A stretch of 64,000 nucleotides of DNA from contig CAZRWL010000002.1 in assembly GCA_964603935.1 (NCBI GenBank), forward strand, positions 9,210 to 73,209, given 5' to 3'. Source of the DNA: an uncultured Gammaproteobacteria bacterium (GTDB taxonomy: Bacteria; Patescibacteriota; Microgenomatia; Levybacterales; UBA12049). Of the stretch, positions 58,589 through 64,000 are shown piece by piece; position 1 is the first letter of the stretch; every line of letters starts with the position of its first letter. Both the position numbers and the translations under genes were made by a program. The notes under the pieces are model-generated. The model did not search any database, was not told the DNA's origin, and saw only the letters and a list, made by a program, of their open reading frames with translations.

Positions 58589-59041
58589 ATGAAACAGAAG
58601 AATAAAAAACTCGAACAACTTAAATTTCTTTATCTTTTCGTTTTTGTTTTAGGAGGAATTATTATTGCCCCAACACACCTTTTCCCTCAGCCTTACTTTA
58701 TGTACGCAAGGTTCCCCCATTATCTGGAAATGATGAAACCTTTTATGGGAATCTCATGGCCCCTCTCTTTTGAGATATATCATTACATACTTTTGCTGCT
58801 GGCAATTATTGGAAGTCTTAATGCTTTGGGAGTTATTTTTTATCCCAAATTTAACAAAGCCGTAATCGCATCTTCTTTAATTGGGTTATTCTTAATTTCA
58901 GCAATAGTTTTATTTTTCTTCCTTCAATTCATAAGCGTTAATGCTTTGACTGCTGTTATTTTTGGCCTTTATTCTTTGCTTCTTTTAATCGTAGATGCAT
59001 TGACTTTTCAAACTTTTATTGCTGAGCAAAAAGAGGCATGA
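58589..59041 (+). CDS. Small integral membrane protein (4 TM)
   Basis: 150 aa, hydrophobic segments. Confidence 0.5.
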   Translation: MKQKNKKLEQLKFLYLFVFVLGGIIIAPTHLFPQPYFMYARFPHYLEMMKPFMGISWPLSFEIYHYILLLLAIIGSLNALGVIFYPKFNKAVIASSLIGLFLISAIVLFFFLQFISVNALTAVIFGLYSLLLLIVDALTFQTFIAEQKEA

Positions 59042-59582
59042 CGCGGGCAGTCTTAAGATTTCTCTCTAACAGTCTTTCCATAACTGTTCGTGAATCTTGT
59101 GTCTGTAAAAGCTTTGCTTCAGACCAGAATCCAAGCTCCGATAAAAGATTTTTCTCAAAATTCCCAATAATACTTTTTAAATCAGAGTATTTAGCAATAT
59201 CTAAGAAAACAGATTTCAAAAGCAGGAACACACTCCTATTTTCCTGATTGTCCGGACACAAGCCATTTATTAACTCGCAGATATAATATGCATATCCAAT
59301 CTTATGAAGATCGCTTTTGACCCCGGAGAAATCTTCAAGGGTTTGAGCTTGTGTAACTATAGGCATGAAAATTTTGGAACTCCCATAAAGAGTAAGCTGG
59401 GAAAGATTCAATAATTCAACGTGCGCAGATCTCCGGCTTGGTATACGCCTGACACCCGGGGCTTTAATTGATATTTTTCCAAACTCTTTACTTAATATTG
59501 TTAAAATCCTATCCGCCTCACCTAAATTTCTGCGTTTCAAAACAATTCCTTCTGTGTTATAAGTTCTCATTCTAATTATCAA
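59016..59582 (-). CDS. recO: DNA repair protein RecO
   Basis: TEGIVLKRRNLGEADRILTILSKEFGKISIKAPGVRR (N-terminal OB fold of RecO). Confidence 0.75.
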   Translation of the reverse strand: MIIRMRTYNTEGIVLKRRNLGEADRILTILSKEFGKISIKAPGVRRIPSRRSAHVELLNLSQLTLYGSSKIFMPIVTQAQTLEDFSGVKSDLHKIGYAYYICELINGLCPDNQENRSVFLLLKSVFLDIAKYSDLKSIIGNFEKNLLSELGFWSEAKLLQTQDSRTVMERLLERNLKTARVMPLFAQQ

Positions 59583-61513
59583 AGCTTGATTTTTGTTTCC
59601 TTATCCGTTAAAAGCTTGAAATTGTCAACCTTGTTACTATTAACTTCTGTCGTATATTCATTCCCTGCAGTTCCTGGCTGTTTTTGAATAAGAAGAGGAA
59701 GATTGCCATCTTTAAGCTTAAATGGTAAAGTGTAAGAAACTGACAAAACTGCAGATCCCTTTGGTCTGACTGTTAAAAAACCTTCGAAAACTGTTTTTCC
59801 CAGCTCATCATACGAAATCATTTTCACTTCCGAACCCTTACTATTTATCAATTTACTTCCTAATGGCACATATATCCTAAACCAATCTCTCAAAACCGCG
59901 TTTATACAAAGGTTTCCGCGCTCCAGATTGCAATCAGACGGAGCGTGCGGATTTTTGTAATTCACGGTAATTTTTTTGGTTATGGTTTTGTCTGAAGACA
60001 CTTCGTAATTTTGATTCACAGCTTCCTGCACAAATAAATTGGATTTTGCTCCTCCAAAATTTGCCTGATTAATATGCAAATAATCCCCTTCAAATGACCT
60101 TATTCTGCCTGCGGCATTCAGCGCCTCTATTCCGCCTTGGGCATCTTTATCGTAAATGTAGAACATAACGTGCTTCTGCTGTACTTGGGTCAGCATGTCC
60201 TGAAATAAAGGCCCCCAGTATAGTTTGGGCGATGACCTCAAGGCTTTATCCATAATAGCATACAAAAGTGTTCCGATAAGATCTTTTCTCTGGGCTTGAA
60301 CGGCAGCAAGCGTAGTTACCTTCAGATCGACACTTTTGGGCGTTGAGATAAGACGCTCCAACTCGTAAATAACTTGAGGACAATCACAGCGCGGATCGGT
60401 TTTGCTTGTAAATTTCACTCCTCCGGCATACACTTCATCATCCAGAATTTTAATTGTCGAAACCAAAACATTCGTATCCAAAGCAATAATTCCGTCTACA
60501 TTTGTAAAACCCGACGCTTTTTTATAAAGATCATTAAACGCTTCCATGGAAGTTATGAAATCAGGAGAAAGATTTGAGTCTCTTAAATGCAAAACAGGAA
60601 CATTTGGCAGGTATTTCAGAATTGGCGCAGGCGCCTTAGACTTACCAAAAATACCATTGTCCAACGCATAGATATCGCCTGAGCTATCTACATGAATAAT
60701 TCCCTTTTCTATCCTAAAAACAGCGTACGCTGTTATAAAACCGCCTGTCGGACGAAGCTCCTTATCGTTTTGAAACAGCACCATGTATTTCCTGTCTTTA
60801 GGGTCGCCCAAAAGTGAAGGCAAAATTTTAATAAGAGGTCTTGCGTCGTTAACGAATGTAACACCTTCATCCACCAAAGTTCTTGCCTGAAGCAATCCTT
60901 TCTTAATTTTTGCAAAAGGATAATGACTTGGATTGACAGCATCTATTTCACGTCTTGCGCCTTCCATTTGCACGGCAATATCATCAATATGGGGAGTAAT
61001 TTTACCCATGGTTGTAACTGCTGTTTGTATGCGCTGCGAAGCTGTACCCATAACAAAACTTCCCTTTTTTCCCTTAAGCCCCAAAACATCCGCATAAGGC
61101 TCTATGGAATCAATTAAAACTCTTGCAGCAGAAATTCCATAAAATCCTGCTTTTGTTAAATGCTGTACGTCGCCATAGTAAATATTTGCAATTGGAACAA
61201 ACTTAAGATAACCCATTGCGTCCAGGCTTTTTTGAGTTCTAGTCAAGGTTTCCTTAGTTTTATCAAGCTCTATAGATGCCAATTCAATATTCTGTTTTTT
61301 TAAGGCATCTACTGTTATCTTGACCTGTGCAAAAGTGGCTTTGGCATCGGAATAGGCTTTTTGCACCGGAGACACAAGAATTAAGCCAAAGCCAAGCATT
61401 GCGAACACCAGAACCGCAAGGGTAATTAATGTTTTTTTGGGAAGAACCCTGTCTTTTTTCCCGGAAGAAGACGAAGTCTTATTGTCTAAATCGATTTTAC
61501 TAAAACCTTCCAT
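59579..61513 (-). CDS. Exported protein with N-terminal TM anchor, DUF4012-like
   Basis: 644 aa. LFQNDKELRPTGGFITAYAV resembles the conserved ELRPTGGF core I recall for DUF4012. Overlaps recO by 4 nt. Confidence 0.5.
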   Translation of the reverse strand: MEGFSKIDLDNKTSSSSGKKDRVLPKKTLITLAVLVFAMLGFGLILVSPVQKAYSDAKATFAQVKITVDALKKQNIELASIELDKTKETLTRTQKSLDAMGYLKFVPIANIYYGDVQHLTKAGFYGISAARVLIDSIEPYADVLGLKGKKGSFVMGTASQRIQTAVTTMGKITPHIDDIAVQMEGARREIDAVNPSHYPFAKIKKGLLQARTLVDEGVTFVNDARPLIKILPSLLGDPKDRKYMVLFQNDKELRPTGGFITAYAVFRIEKGIIHVDSSGDIYALDNGIFGKSKAPAPILKYLPNVPVLHLRDSNLSPDFITSMEAFNDLYKKASGFTNVDGIIALDTNVLVSTIKILDDEVYAGGVKFTSKTDPRCDCPQVIYELERLISTPKSVDLKVTTLAAVQAQRKDLIGTLLYAIMDKALRSSPKLYWGPLFQDMLTQVQQKHVMFYIYDKDAQGGIEALNAAGRIRSFEGDYLHINQANFGGAKSNLFVQEAVNQNYEVSSDKTITKKITVNYKNPHAPSDCNLERGNLCINAVLRDWFRIYVPLGSKLINSKGSEVKMISYDELGKTVFEGFLTVRPKGSAVLSVSYTLPFKLKDGNLPLLIQKQPGTAGNEYTTEVNSNKVDNFKLLTDKETKIKL

Positions 61514-61552
61514 CTATTTATCATAAGCAAAAAGTCTAACCCATGTCAAATA

Positions 61553-62227
61553 CTACAATGCGCCTTTGCCCGTGATCATGGCCCAGGGAGTTTTGGCAAT
61601 AATCCAAAGATCGTACAGTATTGATCTTTTTTTAACATAGGACGCATCCATTTGAATGCGTTTGTCAAAATTAATTTCAGATCTGCCTGAAACTTGCCAA
61701 AATCCCGTAACCCCCGGCTTTATAGAAAGCACAATTTTCACAGAGTCTATTGTATGGGGATATTTTTTCTGTTGGTTTTTAAGCTCATCCGGATAATAAG
61801 CTCTGGGACCAACCAAACTCATTTCTCCTTTCAAAATATTTACAGCTTGGGGAATTTCATCCAAAGAATGCTTGCGTATGAAACGGCCAACTATGGTAAT
61901 GCGCGGGTCATTCTTAAGCTTGTAGCTCCCCTTCTTGTAAACGTCATAAAGCATTGAATATTCTGGGCTTTCGCGCAGCATTTCATGGGCATTTTCAACC
62001 ATGGATCTAAATTTATACATTTTGAAGAGTTTGCCGTTTTTACCAACTCGTCTTGGTGTGTCCGCCAAAATAGGGCCTCTGGAGTTAAGCTTTATCGCCA
62101 CTACTATAATTAGAATAACCGGAGAAAAAAAAGTAAGTATCAGAATGGAAAAAATTATATCCATTGCTCTTTTTACAAATCTGTAATAAAGACTTTTTTT
62201 TATCTCTGTAACTTCTGTGTCAAACAT
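61553..62227 (-). CDS. Polyprenyl-phosphate sugar phosphotransferase (bacterial sugar transferase, PglC/WbaP C-terminal domain type)
   Basis: KRAMDIIFSILILTFFSPVILIIVVAIKL ... PRRVGKNGKLFKMYKFRSM ... DEIPQAVNILKGEMSLVGPRA. Confidence 0.85.
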   Translation of the reverse strand: MFDTEVTEIKKSLYYRFVKRAMDIIFSILILTFFSPVILIIVVAIKLNSRGPILADTPRRVGKNGKLFKMYKFRSMVENAHEMLRESPEYSMLYDVYKKGSYKLKNDPRITIVGRFIRKHSLDEIPQAVNILKGEMSLVGPRAYYPDELKNQQKKYPHTIDSVKIVLSIKPGVTGFWQVSGRSEINFDKRIQMDASYVKKRSILYDLWIIAKTPWAMITGKGAL

Positions 62228-62230
62228 ACA

Positions 62231-63292
62231 TTACGTAAGGTGTTCGTGCGGAGTCCCTTCCAACTTCTCAACAAGTTTTTTTATTTTAGGAACGGAGTTT
62301 TTATTGCAAACCAAAAGTACGTCGTCCGTATTTATCACAAGCATTTTTTCAAGATCAATTCCCACAACCAACTGATCCGTATAATTGAAAACAAGATTAT
62401 CGGACGAATCATTAACAAGAACTTTTCCTTTTGTAACATTTTCATCCGACTCCCTCTCCAATGCTTCTTTCAACGCTTCCCAGGCTCCCACATCGCTCCA
62501 TCCCAAATCTGCTGCAATAACAGATACATGTTTTGCGTCTATTTTTTCCAGAATCGCATTATCAAAGCTTATTTTTTCAAGCGCCGGATATACTGTCTCC
62601 AAAGTTTTCTCATCTTTTATTTTCATTATTCCTTTGTGTAAATCCGGAGCGAATTTTTCAAACTGAGACAATATAAATTTTGGAGTCGTAACAAAATACC
62701 CGGGATTCCAGGCGAAATTATCTGTTTTCAGAAATTGCTCTGCCTGCTCAAGCGTAGGCCGATAAATTAATTTTTTGAATTCAAAAAATCTTGTACCTCT
62801 TACCTCGCCCACCTCCCGGCCAAATTCTATCCAACCCAAGTTTTGATTGGCAAAGCGGGCGCGCTGACCAATAAGAATAAGAGAATTGTTGTTTTTCTTA
62901 ACTAAATCCTCTGCGAAATGCAAAACCTCCCTGAATCTTCTTTCTTTTTTAACGAAATGGTCGCTCCATAAAATCGCAACAGGAGAATTCGGATGATCTT
63001 TTCCTACGATAGACATCGCCATACCAACAGCGGGACCCACATCTCTTACAGCCGGTTCAAAAATAAAGTTTTTGGCTGGAATTTTTGGGAGCTGCCGCTT
63101 AACAACTTCCTCGTATTTTTTCCCTGTTGCGATATATATATCTTCAGACGCAAAATCAGGATTGAGCCTATCCACCGCTAACTGCAACGTAGATTTATCG
63201 CCCAAAATCTTCCCGAACTGTTTAGGACTATTTTTCCGAGATAAAGGCCAAAGTCTTGTTCCCACTCCCCCTGCAAAAATAACAATCTTCAT
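62231..63292 (-). CDS. manC: Mannose-1-phosphate guanylyltransferase (GDP-mannose pyrophosphorylase, no PMI domain)
   Basis: MKIVIFAGGVGTRLWPLSRKNSPKQF. Confidence 0.8.
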   Translation of the reverse strand: MKIVIFAGGVGTRLWPLSRKNSPKQFGKILGDKSTLQLAVDRLNPDFASEDIYIATGKKYEEVVKRQLPKIPAKNFIFEPAVRDVGPAVGMAMSIVGKDHPNSPVAILWSDHFVKKERRFREVLHFAEDLVKKNNNSLILIGQRARFANQNLGWIEFGREVGEVRGTRFFEFKKLIYRPTLEQAEQFLKTDNFAWNPGYFVTTPKFILSQFEKFAPDLHKGIMKIKDEKTLETVYPALEKISFDNAILEKIDAKHVSVIAADLGWSDVGAWEALKEALERESDENVTKGKVLVNDSSDNLVFNYTDQLVVGIDLEKMLVINTDDVLLVCNKNSVPKIKKLVEKLEGTPHEHLT

Positions 63293-64000
63293 AAATTTTT
63301 TCTCTCCTCGGTGTCATTCTGAACTTGTTTCAGAATCTCGTTCCTAAACTTTTCAAATCTAAATCTTTGCGTATTCTCAATACAATCTTTTGCGCCAAAT
63401 TTCATATGCTTAAATTGCCTTACTGCTTTTTCCAAACTTTCAATGGTTTGTTTGTCGAAAAAAAGTCCTGTTTTCCCATCAATAATTGTCTCCAACGCTC
63501 CTCCGCTCCGGAAAGCAATGACCGGCTTGCCAAAGCTTTGGGCTTCCAAAATTGTTAAGCCAAAATCTTCAATGCCTGGAAAAATTAAAGCGCGACATTC
63601 ACTATAATACCTTACCAGCTCGCGGTCAGTCAAGCTGCCCAAAAACTCAATATTATTTTTCGCCATATTTTTCAACCTTCTCATTTCTGAACCAACGCCT
63701 ACAATTTTTAATAAAAAATCAAGTTTGTTAAAAACTTTTATTGCCAAATCTATTTTCTTGTAAGGCACCAAACGCGATACTATAAGAAAATAGCGAGGCA
63801 ATCCGTTTTCAGATGAACTAAAATTCGGCAGGTTTCCTGATTGGAGCCGAATTTTACTTAGCGAGGCAGAATTTAATGATTGGTTTTGAGGATTTTGCAG
63901 CCGAGCGTCATCTGAAACGCGTGGTTGCCGAGCAAATTTGCCAAACTCTAATGGCGGATAAACTACTTCCGATTCTCTTCCGTAATATTTGCTAATTCGA
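63289..64000 (-). CDS. GT4 glycosyltransferase. 5' partial: the frame stays open to the window end.
   Basis: C-terminal domain YFLIVSRLVPYKKIDLAIKVF ... EDFGLTILEAQSFGKPVIAFRSGGALETIIDGKTG. The frame has no stop between 63801 and 64000 and reads ...RISKYYGRESEVVYPP... as in the GT4 N-terminal domain. Confidence 0.7.
   Translation of the reverse strand, partial: RISKYYGRESEVVYPPLEFGKFARQPRVSDDARLQNPQNQSLNSASLSKIRLQSGNLPNFSSSENGLPRYFLIVSRLVPYKKIDLAIKVFNKLDFLLKIVGVGSEMRRLKNMAKNNIEFLGSLTDRELVRYYSECRALIFPGIEDFGLTILEAQSFGKPVIAFRSGGALETIIDGKTGLFFDKQTIESLEKAVRQFKHMKFGAKDCIENTQRFRFEKFRNEILKQVQNDTEERKNL

Noticed and set aside
63802-63940. Apparent extra segment (…LEFAKFARQPRVSDDARLQNPQNQSLNSASLSKIRLQSGN…) inside the partial GT4 gene, which might be an insertion or a separate element
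   Set aside because: The frame stays open and flanking residues fit a GT4 interdomain linker. Without the rest of the gene (beyond the window) nothing can be concluded.

Overview
AT-rich (~33% GC) bacterial chromosome segment with compact gene packing. There are many near-consensus sigma70 promoters with very short or no leaders, a streamlined dcw cluster and unusually many polytopic GT-C-like membrane proteins. I infer a Candidate Phyla Radiation (Patescibacteria/Microgenomates-like) origin, but this is only an inference. The window has three blocks.

(1) 1-24.7 kb: a large cell-surface glycan / protein-glycosylation locus. It encodes an O-antigen-ligase-like protein, a Wzx flippase, four GT2, two GT4, about seven GT-C/PMT-ArnT/YfhO-like membrane proteins, two paralogous zinc-ribbon C-methyltransferase-like proteins and two further SAM methyltransferases. 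It ends at a tRNA-Val(CAC).

(2) 24.8-35.3 kb: housekeeping genes lepB, parB, rpmA-rplU, rodA and ileS, plus a divergently transcribed 822-aa secreted repeat protein with a Thr/Pro-rich linker and a Kre9/KNH-like C-terminal domain, and another GT-C membrane protein.

(3) 35.4-64 kb: the dcw cluster, with the four-gene cassette of finding 1 (35427-37030) just downstream of it. The dcw cluster runs mraZ-rsmH-ftsL-ftsI(frameshifted)-murE-murC-murA-glmU::HAD fusion-glmS-mraY-ftsW-murG-ftsQ-ftsA-ftsZ. It is followed by glyQS, a divergent pair of HuH Y1 (RAYT/IS200-like) transposase genes flanked by inverted REP-like hairpins, recO, a DUF4012-like exported protein, a sugar phosphotransferase, manC and a partial GT4 gene.

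The most system-like novelty candidates are the NYN cassette, the RAYT/REP module and the GlmU-HAD fusion inside the dcw cluster. No CRISPR array and no rRNA were seen.
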